From the NCBI GenBank assembly GCA_020536535.1, contig JAHLWZ010000048.1, positions 1 to 61,511 of the forward strand: DNA of 61,511 bases, given 5' to 3'. The position numbers were made by a program, and so were the translations under genes. Below, one piece after another: positions 1 to 11,928 of the stretch. This DNA comes from Pelomyxa schiedti. Taxonomy: Eukaryota > Protista > Evosea. The notes under the pieces were generated by a model. That model was given only the letters and a program-made list of their open reading frames with translations, was not told the origin of the DNA and made no database searches. Position 1 is the first letter of the stretch, and each line of letters opens with the position of its first letter.

Positions 1-3000
1 GGGATTCAGTGGGTCCACCAGTTGATGAACGAGAACACCTGTGTTGTGTGTGAGGCGCGGAAAGTGCCGCTAGAATTGGGAACAGTCACCAAAGCTCCAC
101 ACATCAGTTTTTTGGTCACACCCGGGTGGTTCCGGGAAGCTGGGACTGAACCGGCCGCTCTTATTTTTGTTATTCCGGTTGTTTCCAGCCCTGCCGGTTT
201 GATTCTGGAGCAGCGAGGGTGAACCAAGGTGTGCAAACTGAAATGAAGTGAATTTTTAGCCGGAATAAACAAACAAGGTCAAACAAACCTTTGCCCAAGG
301 GCCGGGCCCTGAATCCTGGAGGGATGTAATCCAAATGTGACCTGCGGAGTTTGTGAGAAAATAAAAAAAAAGAACCAACAACAAACCGTTTTCTGTTGCC
401 GCAACTAGTTGCTCTTTCCCATTGTCACTACGTAAGCGGGCACCAATGAAATCTACAACATTTGAGTCCCTTGGGATCTCCCTCAGAACTGATATCACCG
501 GAATCACTCTGGTTGCTGTGGCTGTAACCTCATGCCCAACTTCCAGCAGGTAAATTGTGTCAACTGTACGTTTGCGCTCTCCATTACCCTTCCCTTGCCT
601 GTGTGCAAGAGTGGCACTCCAAGTGCTTGGGTCAATCATGAAACAGGAAAGATCCGGGCAAATATCCACCAGGTTCACCTGTGTGTGAATGCCAATNNNN
701 NNNNNNNNNNNNNNNNNNNNNNNNNNNNNNNTCCATTACCCTTCCCTTGCCTGTGTGCAAGAGTGGCACTCCAAGTGCTTGGGTCAATCATGAAACAGGA
801 AAGATCCGGGCAAATATCCACCAGGTTCACCTGTGTGTGAATGCCAATAGGGGCATTCAAGGGAGATCTTTCCTGATAGCGCAGCTTTCATTACCTCACT
901 TTCTTGAAAGAAGTGAAAGTGAGAGTCATGCCAATTTTGAAGCTTCTTCTTCAAGCAATGGGGGCATGGGAAAGATTGAGACATGGTAGTGATATTATTG
1001 TCTTGGCGAAACCGGTTTATCCACATGATTGTGAGTGCCCCCAAGTTGTTGAAAGAGGGTGAACTGCCTTCAGGATTCCCAACTCCAAACGTGGTCCTCA
1101 CAAAGATGTCAACTGATGTGCAGTTGAGAGCCCTGGATGTACTCATACTTGGTGAAGCTATCATCAAGTCATGTTGTTGTGTGATCCCTCCAGTATTGCT
1201 CTTCCTGGACACCCACAATCCTGATCTCCAAAAGACCTCTGCCTCAACACCAGGGAGTTTACGCGCCATGTTCATAAGTTGAGGTAAAAACCCCTCATGA
1301 AGACCCTCAAAGACAACTGATCTTCCGCTCAGTGTGACTCGGCTCTTTCCACTGCTGCTAGGAGTAGCTGTTGATCTCGACTGCTGCTCAGTTTCCCATG
1401 AATGCAATGGATCACTGTTGGAGCTTGGAAGCAGAAAGAATGATAAGTGGATTCTACCTTGGCACATTAACATCATATCCAACTCCAGAAGGAGAGCCGA
1501 CAACCAAGAGGAAAGTCCAGGCCACAATCCACTTGATCGTACAAAGAAAGATTCTGCAAGATCAGCCATCTTATGGGAATGATTACAGCTCTTTTCCGTA
1601 TTGGCTGGCATAGGCATCAGTGCCTGAACAATATTTGCTTGGGAAGCCACTGACGTCATAGTGGTCATGATTTGATTGAACAGTGTTGGTTTGAGTACAA
1701 CGAACTCACATAATGGTCCCTTTGGTGTCCTTGAAGTCCAGAAGGGATGCCTGAAGTGGATGATGGCACCTGTGTCTGACAGGAAACCACAGCACATCTG
1801 GAGGTCAATCTCAGGGTCTCGTCCTCCTCTGTGTAATGTACCAACACCACAGTCCATGGCCAGCTTAACAAAGTCGGTCCACTTGATGACGCTGGCCTTC
1901 ACCAGTGACAGTCTTTTGGAGAATGCAATCCATCTGGGGGAAACCGGTGGTGCTGCATTTGTGGTGGTGTTCATGATCCTTTTCAGAAGTCCAGCAATTT
2001 CCGAGATTGGTTGCCGCGTTAACATGAATGGGTGAGTGAAAGGCGAAGAGACAATGCCCACTGCTTTCTCAAGACTGAGAAAGGCAAAGCCACAGAAAGT
2101 GAGGTTCTTCTTCTCCAGAAGTGGACGAATAATTGGGTCGATAACTTCATCCCTGATGCTTCTGCTGCTGCCATGGCCCCCAGCATAAAACCCAATGAAG
2201 ATTACCTGCGCATTGACCTTCACGTCGGCATGACTTTGACATCTGGAGATTTCATTCAGCCAGAAATGCACCTGTTTAAGTGGACCACATGATTCTCCCA
2301 GTGAGTCATATCTGAAGCAATACATAAATACAGATTTTCCACTGCAGTAGAAGCATGGGTAAAATGGATGCTCAGGCCCACCTGAAAAAAAAAGGGGAAT
2401 GAGTGTCGTCTGAGATAGGTGTGTGAGGATATACACACTCAAATTCCAGGCTATCCAAGTGTTATTTGATTTCTTCAGTTTGAATTCCTGTATGGACACT
2501 ACAGGTGGATCTACTGTGTGTTTTTCCCCTATGGCTTTGTTTGAGTTTTTTGCCAGGCGCCTCAAGAATGTGGCCTTTAAACTGTTGTCCTCCCCAACAA
2601 GAATCAGTTTGGAAGTGTGGAAATAGGTGGGCTCATCTCTGAAGATACAATTGTATTTCGCAACGTCCCATCTCTTTCCTTTCAGAGTGTCAGTGGGATC
2701 CAAGAGAACACTCTGAATGTGTGCATAGAACAACCACTGTGGCAAGGCTTTGATGTTGTTGTTGGAGAGGTTCAGGGTTCTACAAGAAATGCCTGCAAGA
2801 TAATCGGGAACTGAATCCAGGCCCAACTTTGACAAGTCAACATCTCTGTCTCTCAGGGATTGCGACAGAATAACTTCAGTGACTGCCGGCCAGTTCTTCA
2901 CTTGAACCCATTTCCGAAGTGCAATTGCTTCAAGTGTTGCCGGTGCATCATCGTCATCATTCGGGTGGTCATATCTATTCTGGCCATACTCCAGGTTGAG

Positions 3001-4099
3001 AAACTGGAGGAAACTCCTGACTGTCAAAGGTTTCATACCGGTGATGTCAAGTGCGGTTCCAGGTGGGATCAGGGACCAGATGGCATCCTTCTTCTTTTCT
3101 CTCTTTGGGATAACAGGTTTCGGTAGTGGGTTGCAAGGAGGAAAATCTTGATGGATGTTATCAGTAAAACTGATAAGGTTACAGTGGAAGAAAACCATAG
3201 CCCAGTATTCCTCCTATTTCCAATACTGTGGAAATCAATCCTTGCACGCACTTCATTGAATGTGGTTTCCACTTTATCAGTTTGTAGGCGTCGAGCTGTA
3301 AATGGAAGTTAGGAAGTAGAATCAAACAAATGAAAAGCCACACCTTAAAGGCCCCGCGAAATGGCTCCTTCCTGCTGGATCCAGAAGGCATAGCAGAGCT
3401 CACGTCCACAACCAGCAATCTCCCGCAAGAATCTCCCGACGCAAATAACAAAGAAGGAAGGTCCTCCCACACGTCGCTGCCACCCTCCCCAGAAATAACA
3501 ACGACAACCACAACAGCATCAGCAGCAGGCTCATCGGCACCAGGAATGCCACCCGACGTCCCTGCTTCTCCTGCTCCAGCGCCCCGTCCCCTCGTTGCCT
3601 CCCCCCCTCCGCCGCCACCAAAAATCCCCCTCACCACCCTCCCGTCCTTGAGAGCAGTAGCAGTAGCAGTAGCAGTAGCAGTAGTAGTAATAGTGCGAGT
3701 GGTACTAGGCCGCAGCCTTGGGTCGTGCCTCACCCTCACAGTAACCGCCAGCCCCTCTCCCTCTCCCTCTCCCTCTCCCTCTCCCTCTCCCTCTCCCTCT
3801 CTCTTACTGCTGCTTCTGCTGGCGGTGGTGCCCGACATCATGGGGGGATGTCGGGGAAGGGGAAGGGGGCGGGAAAAGGGGCTGCGGCCATCGCGGGGGG
3901 ATGTCGGGGCACGGGGCGGGGGCGGGGGCGGGGTCGGGAAAAGGGGCTGGCCGGGGGGCGGGCCGAGAGCGAGGACCAGGTCCGTGGGGTCGCGGGGGTC
4001 ACGGGACAGCCCCGCCACGTGGGACGCCGCCACGCTGGTGAACAAACAGTCGACTAGCTGCTCGCTCCCGGCGACCAGGCACTCAACCACCCGTATCAT
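1..4099 (-). CDS. Roco-family protein (LRR-ROC-COR-kinase-like), degenerate; runs off the window start
   Basis: LRR 'LNLSNNNIKALPQWL'; ROC-like 'SKLILVGEDNSLKATFLRRL'; COR-like 'FLSDTGAIIHF' and 'FVVLKP'; 'CPHC...CP...VNLVDICPDL' linker; then a kinase-like N-lobe. Introns at about 3296-3343, 3214-3251 and an in-frame one near 2383-2436. Apparent +1 frameshift at G4 850-853. Confidence 0.7.
3650..3800. repeat. Coding hexamer microsatellites (GCAGTA)n and (CCCTCT)n in Roco exon 1
   Basis: Visible directly; they encode TATATA and EGEGEG runs on the minus strand. Confidence 0.9.
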
Positions 4100-4302
4100 C
4101 ACCGACGAAAATCTCCGTATTTCGTGGAAATCATTGGGACAAGAACACTTGGCAGAATAAAATAATCAACAGACCGGAACACTGTAATTTTCGCTCAGGA
4201 TTGGCGGTCTGGTGTTTTTTTTATTCAGTCACTTGTGTAAAGAGAACCGCACTGAACCTTTGATGTGACATCCAATTTCCCTCATGATCGGCAGAACAAG
4301 AA

Positions 4303-4480
4303 GTGATCCCTTATCGGCAGCGTGAACACAGCCTCGTCGCAGCTCCTGAGAACCCAGTCCACAGCCCACCTCCGTCGATTGTATCCACCGAATCATCGAT
4401 GGTGGCACACAACAACAACAACAACCAACGGCGGCAGCTGGGGGCGGGGGTACGTTGCTCCGTCGTTTTCGCATTGGCTC
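4303..4480 (-). pseudogene. Decayed fragment homologous to the 11929-13254 gene
   Basis: Near-identical to 18873-19050. 'SMIRWIQS' matches 'AMIEWIRS' of the intact gene, followed by frameshifts. Confidence 0.6.
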
Positions 4481-4860
4481 TTCTAGTTTCATCGGTGACT
4501 GGGGCACACACAGATGACGGCCATCACCTGTGACTTGGCTGTGGTTCCGGCTGTTGATAGTGGTACATCAGGACAAACATGGTTATTTGTTTGTTCTCCC
4601 AAGTATGTGTTTCGAGCGATTTTGTTTGTGTACAACCACTGGTTCAAAGAAAATCTCTGCTCAAGAGATCACCTGTACATTAGAACTAGTGCAACTAACA
4701 TACCTAACTATGGTCGCTGTGGATGATGTTGTCCAATGATTTCTCGTTTTCGGTTGCCGCTCAGCGTCTTAGAAAAGTTCCCAAGAGACAAGAGCTAAAA
4801 ACCCCTCAGAGATCTCAGAAACAAGGGGTGAGTACGCCTGCACCCTCTCCAGTCATACAC

Positions 4861-5775
4861 ATGTTGTGGTTCTTCTGTGTTCGTTCCTTTGAACCTGTCA
4901 AGTTTTTGACAAACGAGCTCGAAATACAAGATCTTCAAGTTTGCGAACAGTCGCTCGACGAAGTCAAGGGCACCGAGGCGTGGTGGCGCGCCCGTGAAAT
5001 TACACTCCAGCTCGTTGCTGCCAAATTGGGGTACGTGCCGTCTTTTTTTTTTTTTTTCTTTCTCTTCGTTGTTAAACTGGAGCCACTTGTTTTAAACTGG
5101 TTTTTTCCCCTCGTTGTTCTTCGCTCTGTCTTTACTTCATCATTTTTACCTATTTCTTGTGAATCAACTCAAGAGCTAGTTATCGGTGTCTTACAATTTC
5201 TTTGATTCGATGATAGTATTTAGTTTTTTAGGCCTAACTGGTGTGATAGAAACAGAGCCGGCGGTCTGCAAGACCCTCATTTATGGAAGTATAACCTGAA
5301 AGATGCGTGGTCTCTTGTCGCCTTTTACCTGCCATACGAGGGAATGACTCCTGAGGACCAGCAGCGTGTTGTAATAGATCTCGTGAAAGCCGCTGATTGT
5401 TTTATGCATCCAATGTTTTCCCCGATCCGTTTCACACCAACAACAGTACCTTTGACAGCCACCAAAATCGGTATTGAAGTCTCACTTTTCTCAACTACTT
5501 TCTTATTCCTTGCAGGAACTGAAGTCCGAGAGTCCCTCAACCTTCCTGAAAGCCCCATCGTCCTTGACAATTCTTTTCTCATCTGGTACTCTCCACTTGA
5601 ACTGGAAGTCTCAGAAAAAGCCGTATCTTACATGCCTGGACGAATAGGTTTGAGTAAAATGCGCTGCTACTCCAAAGCCTTGAATGTTGCTGGGTGCCGA
5701 AAGCTTTTCACCAAGATTCCTCTGAAGCTGGAAGTTTCACCTCTGGTTTTCTTTGGAGCTCTCTTTCATAAGGCC
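4861..5775 (+). CDS. NRPS copy A, 5' part only (cut by gap)
   Basis: ATG 4861; introns 5031-5249 and 5471-5515; near-identical to the 5' ends of copies B, C and D. Confidence 0.8.
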
Positions 5776-5875
5776 NNNNNNNNNNNNNNNNNNNNNNNNN
5801 NNNNNNNNNNNNNNNNNNNNNNNNNNNNNNNNNNNNNNNNNNNNNNNNNNNNNNNNNNNNNNNNNNNNNNNNNNN

Positions 5876-7196
5876 CCTCATAAGTTCACAGAACCTGTGG
5901 CCACAGCAACGAAACACAAGGTCAAGAAAGCAGTTGCAATGTTGTTTCGAAGCACAAGAGCAATCAGCAAGCCCCGCCATTGTCTTCATGTTGGACGAAA
6001 TCGAAAGCATCATGTCGCTGTATTTGTGGATAAGTTATTATTATTGGAGAGAGAATGGGAATGGGGACTACTACTTACTCAGCTTGAACATCTGGGGAAT
6101 ACGTGGGTGTAGTAGTAGCTGTTACCTCTGTGGTCAGCCATGTTGTCCAGCCTGTGTGGATTTTAAATTCGGCCAGTGGAATCCACGGTGATGAGGGATG
6201 TGTGATCTTGAGTACTTTTGGTGGTGGTGGTTGTGGTGCTGGGGAACCACGGTTCACAACACAGAACCCAATTTGCACTCTGCATTGAAAAGAAGACCTG
6301 CAGCCTGTGCTGAACAGGAACACTTTCTTTGAGCAGTCCCAAGTGACGAACGAAACCACACCACAGCACTGCGTACTTCGGCGTTTTTCCACGGAGTTGT
6401 GACCCACAAACTGCAGGCGTGAGTTGAATGCAACCAGCCTCTGTGTAGCCACTTCCTCAATTTCTCCCAATACTTTGGCCATTTCGGCTGGCTTGGAAGA
6501 AGCCACTTGCAGCTCCCACCTCTTTTGGGCCACAGCCACCTTTGCAAACGCAAGTAGGGCGTTCCTCTCTGCCAGCTGCCTCTCCAAGAGTGAAACAGAT
6601 ATCTCAGAATCACTCCATCTTGGTGTAGAACCAACTGCACAAGAACTGGAATCTGCCCGGTTCATGCTGGAGAAATCCTGCTCATTCCGTGCTCTCTCTT
6701 TGCCAATAGCCCTGGAAAATACACCTCTAACTTCAATCAGCAGACTTACACGCTCACAGGCCTCTAGGCACCTACGTGAACAAAGTGCAAACTGAAACAG
6801 GCACCGAATTCCCTTGAAAGCTTCCTCGTCCTCATTCCTAGTACCCTCATTCCTTCCAGTTCCTATGCGTGGACTGAAGGAAGGAGAAGTGTACCCAGAG
6901 TGGATTTCATACTCATAATCAGGCTCTGGATTGGAGTATACTACTGTAAACTGTTCAGCAGGAAAAACGGTGTATTGTTCTTGGCTGTTGGAATGGTTAT
7001 TGTGGGAAGGATGTGGCGGCCACATTAGCATTCCCACAATGACGTCCAGCACGCCCGGGGGGAGAACGACGTCGAGGCCGCCGGGGATCGGCAAACCCAC
7101 AATTGCGTCGTCGTTGTCTCGCTGGGTCCTTCTGTGTTTTGCAGCAGTTGGTTGTTTGTAACCTGTTTCCGGGCCCCCATGTTTCGTCGTCTTCAT
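5876..7196 (-). CDS. Hypothetical protein with possible F-box-like N-terminal segment; 3' end in gap
   Basis: 373-aa ORF containing 'LPPGVLDVIVGML'. The apparent stop overlaps a GTAAGT donor (intron 6018-6078) that splices in frame to 'MMLSISSNMK'. Confidence 0.55.
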
Positions 7197-7333
7197 TTTT
7201 TACATTCGTCTGTATTTTTCCTGTTGAGTTGAACGTGCCCACTCAAGCATGTGGAGATCCGTCCAACAGTCCACCACTTCAGGATTGCTTAGTTGAGCTT
7301 GGTTAACCTAAGTTTTGTTGATCAGGAAACAAA

Positions 7334-8848
7334 ATGGATGGGAGTGGTGCCCCTGAAAGCAAAAGACCACGGCACAACAACACAACAACAACAATAAAAC
7401 CAACACCGGATGCTAAGGGGGACGAACACACAGAGGCAGCTCCTACCCGTGATGAGCACATCGAGCCCCAACAACAACTCGGCACGCGGTTTCCGCCTCC
7501 CCACCAGCCGCGAGAACAGCGTCCAATCGACGAAATTCTGGTGGTACCCAATGTGTTCCTCCACTTGCAGTTCCTGTCCCTGTGCATGTGCGCGCACGCG
7601 AGGTGCGGTGTCAACTCCCCACTCGCGAGAAACTGCAGCCTCGTTCCGGCGTTGGGATTCGCAGCTTCCTCGCTGGTTGTGAGGCTGTTGTGGTCGTGGG
7701 TGCGGTCCGCACTGAGGTGCTACAACGTGGCAGTGTTATCCACAGAAACGACGAAATCGAGAGAGGAGAGGGCTATTGAGGAGAGGTTCAGCGGGTGCAC
7801 TGCCATGGTGGCGTTTGGTGTGTCACCGTTCACACTGGGCGTTGATTGCCACAAGCTGAGGAGGTGGGTTCCCTCTTTTATGGGGAGCAGGGTGCAGTGC
7901 TCCAATCAGTACAATGAACTGGTGTGCAGCAAGGAAAGCCATTTAATCACCACAGAAATAAGGAGGTTCAAGCAGCTTCCTTGGCCAAAGCAGGAAATCC
8001 ACTCAGTACCAGAGCGGGATCACTCAACCACGCTGGCTTTCAGTGCCAAGTGGTGGATATACAGGGATGAAGAGGACAATCTCGTAATTGTGAAGTGGGA
8101 GGGAGAGCACAGGCCATTGCCTTGTGTGAGGCTTCCAGCCAAGCAAAAAGGGGGAGGAGAGTGGTTGTCAGTTTGGATTACACAAAGCAGTGATGATGAT
8201 GAGGCAATTTTCAAGGAGGTAATTTCGTCATCATCAAGTGGTGGTGGCGAAGGTGAATACGAAGAGGCAGTTCGAGATGTGAAGCTGGTTGTTGTCAACC
8301 TTGAGGAGCTTGTCTCTTCCAAACGTGCACTGGCATCGGCAACATGCAACCTTGTGGGAAAACAGAGTGGGTATGTGGCCAAGGCTCTTTGCCTTGTCAA
8401 TGAGTCTGGCCAGAGGGTTTTGGTTGTGCTGCATCAGACCTTCAGGGGATCTGTGATTTACCAGTATAATCATCAGGGAGCAGAGGAAGGAGGAGGTGGT
8501 TCTTTTTCTGTTGTGGAAACGAACTCAGTCCAACAACTTTTCTCACTCTCACAGCTGAACCCAAGGATGTACTGTGTATGGTGTGGAAGCTCAACAAAGA
8601 CTGCAGCCCCCCACTATGAGATCTGGGACTGCAACATGACAAACGGCCCCCTTCGCGTTGTTGTGCCACAACCCACTGAGGACTGGTCCGGTTTATGTGC
8701 CCACAGTGGCTTGCTGATAGGAATCCTGAATAGTCGTTTGGTGGTGTGGGATCCCCTCTCTGGTGTGAATGTGATCACCATCAACCTCACTGGGGAAATG
8801 CGGATACGTTTTCAAGCAACAACTTCTTTCCTGTACTCAAGAGAATAG
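7334..8848 (+). CDS. Lineage-expanded intronless hypothetical protein (HxRCG-motif family)
   Basis: 504-aa ORF; 'QFLSLCMCAHARCGVNSPLAR'; beta-rich C-terminus 'YEIWDCN...PLRVV' shared with the 38611 and 40997 genes. Confidence 0.8.
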   Translation: MDGSGAPESKRPRHNNTTTTIKPTPDAKGDEHTEAAPTRDEHIEPQQQLGTRFPPPHQPREQRPIDEILVVPNVFLHLQFLSLCMCAHARCGVNSPLARNCSLVPALGFAASSLVVRLLWSWVRSALRCYNVAVLSTETTKSREERAIEERFSGCTAMVAFGVSPFTLGVDCHKLRRWVPSFMGSRVQCSNQYNELVCSKESHLITTEIRRFKQLPWPKQEIHSVPERDHSTTLAFSAKWWIYRDEEDNLVIVKWEGEHRPLPCVRLPAKQKGGGEWLSVWITQSSDDDEAIFKEVISSSSSGGGEGEYEEAVRDVKLVVVNLEELVSSKRALASATCNLVGKQSGYVAKALCLVNESGQRVLVVLHQTFRGSVIYQYNHQGAEEGGGGSFSVVETNSVQQLFSLSQLNPRMYCVWCGSSTKTAAPHYEIWDCNMTNGPLRVVVPQPTEDWSGLCAHSGLLIGILNSRLVVWDPLSGVNVITINLTGEMRIRFQATTSFLYSRE

Positions 8849-8921
8849 ACAAGCCTGCTCCCTCCTCGTATTGATACGAAAAAAGAGAAAAAAAATCCTT
8901 TGCAGGGAATTTCAAATTGTA

Positions 8922-10265
8922 ATGATCGACAACGGCAACCAGTTGCAGGTAAATACAACGATACCGACAAGCGCGCAGGGGCAGTGCGTCGCCCTCGCCA
9001 CCGCCTCGTTCTCACGCCGCTGCGGGGCAGCCAGCTGGGCCAGGCTCCTCACGCCCCCGCTGGTCTCCCTCATCTGCTCCCGCCACGTCCTCCCCGCTTC
9101 CCCCGCCGCCCGCGTCGCCATCCACTTTGGCCGCGTCACCGCCAGCGACGACGACGACGACGACGGCAGCAACATAACCGCGGTGGTGGGCGTCTCCCAC
9201 ACCCGCGGCGTCACCTGCCGCGTCGTCGCCGCCCCGAGCGACGGCTGGCGCCTCCTGGGCTGGTGCGCCGGCGCATCCGCCGCCGCGGTGTACGAGAGGC
9301 GCCAGCTCGCGCAGGTGCGGGACGCCGCGACGGGGAGGGTGAGGCACGAGGTGAGGCACCGCGGGGCGATATACAGCGTCCAGGCCGGCGACGCCGTGCA
9401 CGTGAACGGGAGGTGGCTGGTCAGCGACGTGGGCAACGGGTGGACCGGCGAGAGGGAGCTGGTGGTGTGGAGGCTCGAGGGCCTCGAGGTGGATGTTGGC
9501 ATGAAGCTGTGTTTCTCTGAGCCGCGGACTGGGATGGGTATGGGCCCGGCTGTCCAGTGCAGGTGGGTGAAGCTGATGACTGATGTTGTGCCGGGAGGTG
9601 GGGGCACTGCTCATGAAAACGAGGTGGCGGCGCTAGTGTATTCGTATAATTCTGGTGAGAGGGCACTTGTGGTGGCTGATTTGGAGAAAAGCTGGAATGC
9701 ATGCACCACGCCAACGTGCTTTGGTCCGTTGGTGGCGGTGGTGGTGAGGTCATGGCCAGTCCCAGAGCTGCAGCCTTATAATTATCCCTCTCAGGCAGTC
9801 CCAATCCCAGAGCGCGACGATTACCTCGTTCCACTCACCCTGAAAGATCAACTCACTGTCTCGTTGTTCAGTGTCAAATATGGCCGTGTTGTGTCAGAGA
9901 TTCCCTGCGCATTTCATTTCAACAATTCTGCTCTCTTTGACATTGGAAATGGGCTCTTTGGTGTTCACACAACAAAAAACAAACAGAGTGTGTTTGATGG
10001 CAACGGGGATACATCAGTTCCTGTAAACACAATCACCACATTGGGTGATGTTTACCCAAGCAGCCTGTTTGGAGGTGGCGGTGTGATGTGCCTGTTCAAC
10101 GACAACTACACAGCCACTCTTGTTGATCCTGAAACATCATCCATCCTCTTCTCTGTCTCCGTTGTTGGTGGTTTCCACGTCAGATCCCAGAGGTTTTTTC
10201 CCGCTGGTTCCCAAAGCGTGCCGGGCCATTATCTATCCCGTTCTCGTCCTCCTGACCTTCATTAA
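8922..10265 (+). CDS. HxRCG-motif family protein
   Basis: Long intronless ORF; 'AQGQCVALATASFSRRCGAASWARLL'; 'VNGRWLV' and 'VVADLEKS' segments. Confidence 0.75.
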   Translation: MIDNGNQLQVNTTIPTSAQGQCVALATASFSRRCGAASWARLLTPPLVSLICSRHVLPASPAARVAIHFGRVTASDDDDDDGSNITAVVGVSHTRGVTCRVVAAPSDGWRLLGWCAGASAAAVYERRQLAQVRDAATGRVRHEVRHRGAIYSVQAGDAVHVNGRWLVSDVGNGWTGERELVVWRLEGLEVDVGMKLCFSEPRTGMGMGPAVQCRWVKLMTDVVPGGGGTAHENEVAALVYSYNSGERALVVADLEKSWNACTTPTCFGPLVAVVVRSWPVPELQPYNYPSQAVPIPERDDYLVPLTLKDQLTVSLFSVKYGRVVSEIPCAFHFNNSALFDIGNGLFGVHTTKNKQSVFDGNGDTSVPVNTITTLGDVYPSSLFGGGGVMCLFNDNYTATLVDPETSSILFSVSVVGGFHVRSQRFFPAGSQSVPGHYLSRSRPPDLH

Positions 10266-10512
10266 CGGGTGAACTCATAATACCCCACCGAAGGATTCAA
10301 AGTTATTTATTATTATGCTCCTTCTTCGTTATTCACAAACTTAGAGACCCCAACGGCGGCATTCAATGAAACAAACGTGAAACCACTCACTCAGATCCTG
10401 CAATTGTTCCGAAACTGCACTGGCCCTTCCCACACATTCGCTGTAGATTTCCCAGAAATCAGTCTTATTGGAGACGCAAAGTTGGTTCCCTCGGTTATAA
10501 TCATCAAACTCA

Positions 10513-11840
10513 ATGTCCGCTACATCTCCCACTTCTGGCCAAGTCTTTGGGGTAGCGTGTGCGCTCGACATCGGGACGTCGTGCACGGGGTACTGCTATT
10601 GCTTCGCGGACGACCGCGACAGAATCTTTTACAACGCGGCGTGGGAGGGCTACATGCAGTGCTCAAAGACAAAGACCACTTTGGCTGTGCTGGCGTCGTC
10701 TGAGGCAGTGACTTTGAAGTTTGGGGAGACTTTTGCTTTTATTATTATTTTTTCCCCCACCGTAATGACAATTGTTTTTTAGAGAAACCCGATGATTGGT
10801 TGCTGTTTGAGAAATACAAATTGGGATTGGCTCCAACAAGGCCCAGGAAAAACACATTTCAAGCTGCTGGCTCTAGCGTTACCGCCTCAATAACAAAGAT
10901 TATGGGAATGACAATGTGTCACATCAAGCACCGGTTCCTTGATGAGCTCAAATCACAGGGAAGGTTGCTCACCGCACAAGACGTTCTGTGGGTGATTACT
11001 GTTCCGGCGATTTGGGATGAACCTGCAAAACAGGTATCTCTACGCAGTTCTGACCCAATATTAATCTGTTTCTACAGGTAATGATTGATGCTGCACGGGA
11101 AGCCGGGCTGAGTAACTCTTCCAACTCCAACGTTATACTCGCTCTAGAACCGGAAGCAGCCTCCCTGTACTGCAAAAAAAAATGGCATCCCTTGGGTGGA
11201 AACCGGGAACCAGGTTAGGATGGGCCGCATCTGACAGTTACTAACTTATTGAAGGTACCTTGTTGTTGATGCAGGGGGAGGCGTAATTAACATCACTTCA
11301 CACGAAGTGTTGGCCTCTGGTGTATCGGAGCTTGCAGCTCCCTGCGGCAGCATGAACGGTTCCACAAATATTGACAAGAATATTCTCGCTCAGCTTTATG
11401 CTGAGACCGGCAGTCCGCCAGGCACTCTCGAGACCTCAGTGGAGTGCTTGGCACTGTCACGCGCAATTGAGGTATGGACAAGAGCTCTTTTTTTCTGGAT
11501 AACCATAAATTAGGGAAACAAGGAGATCTTCACACAAGGCAGGACCATGCCTTACTCATTCCCGGTAGGAAAAGGACTGCACAAAATGTCACCTGCTTCT
11601 ATGTCGCAGTGCGTTTTACCAGTCATCAACTCGGTCGTAAACGATGTGAGGAACGCAATGGCCCAGGTCTCAGGGCTGAGATACATCTTCTTGGTTGGTG
11701 GATTTGCAAAGTCTGTGCTACTTTACCAAGAGATGAAGAAGCTGGAAATACCAGGTGAACTGGACCTGATCAGACCGGCCGCTCCTGACTGTGCTGTCAT
11801 GGAAGGTGCTCTACAGTTCGCATTTCCCAACTACCCTTAG
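10513..11840 (+). CDS. HSPA12-like atypical Hsp70 (nucleotide-binding domain only), possibly a pseudogene
   Basis: Motifs ALDIGTSCTGY, WVITVPAIWDEPAKQ, LALEPEAASLYC, YLVVDAGGG, IFLVGGFAKS. Frameshift at A9 11174-11182 and an unclear first intron donor. Confidence 0.8.
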
Positions 11841-11928
11841 CTGTCCCTACCCAACGTCTACAATCCCACACTCACCAGGTTCCGCATGCAAACTCAATAA
11901 GAAATGATGATTTTCAAAAAAAGAGGTG

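Noticed and set aside
580-848. Direct repeat 580-696 / 732-848
   Set aside because: Identical sequence on both sides of an N gap; unmerged contig overlap artefact.
3330-4160. Long antisense or alternative-frame ORFs in GC-rich regions (also 8900-9614, 39158-39819, 45876-47283, 55072-55863)
   Set aside because: Shadow ORFs of real genes caused by stop-codon scarcity; low-complexity translations.
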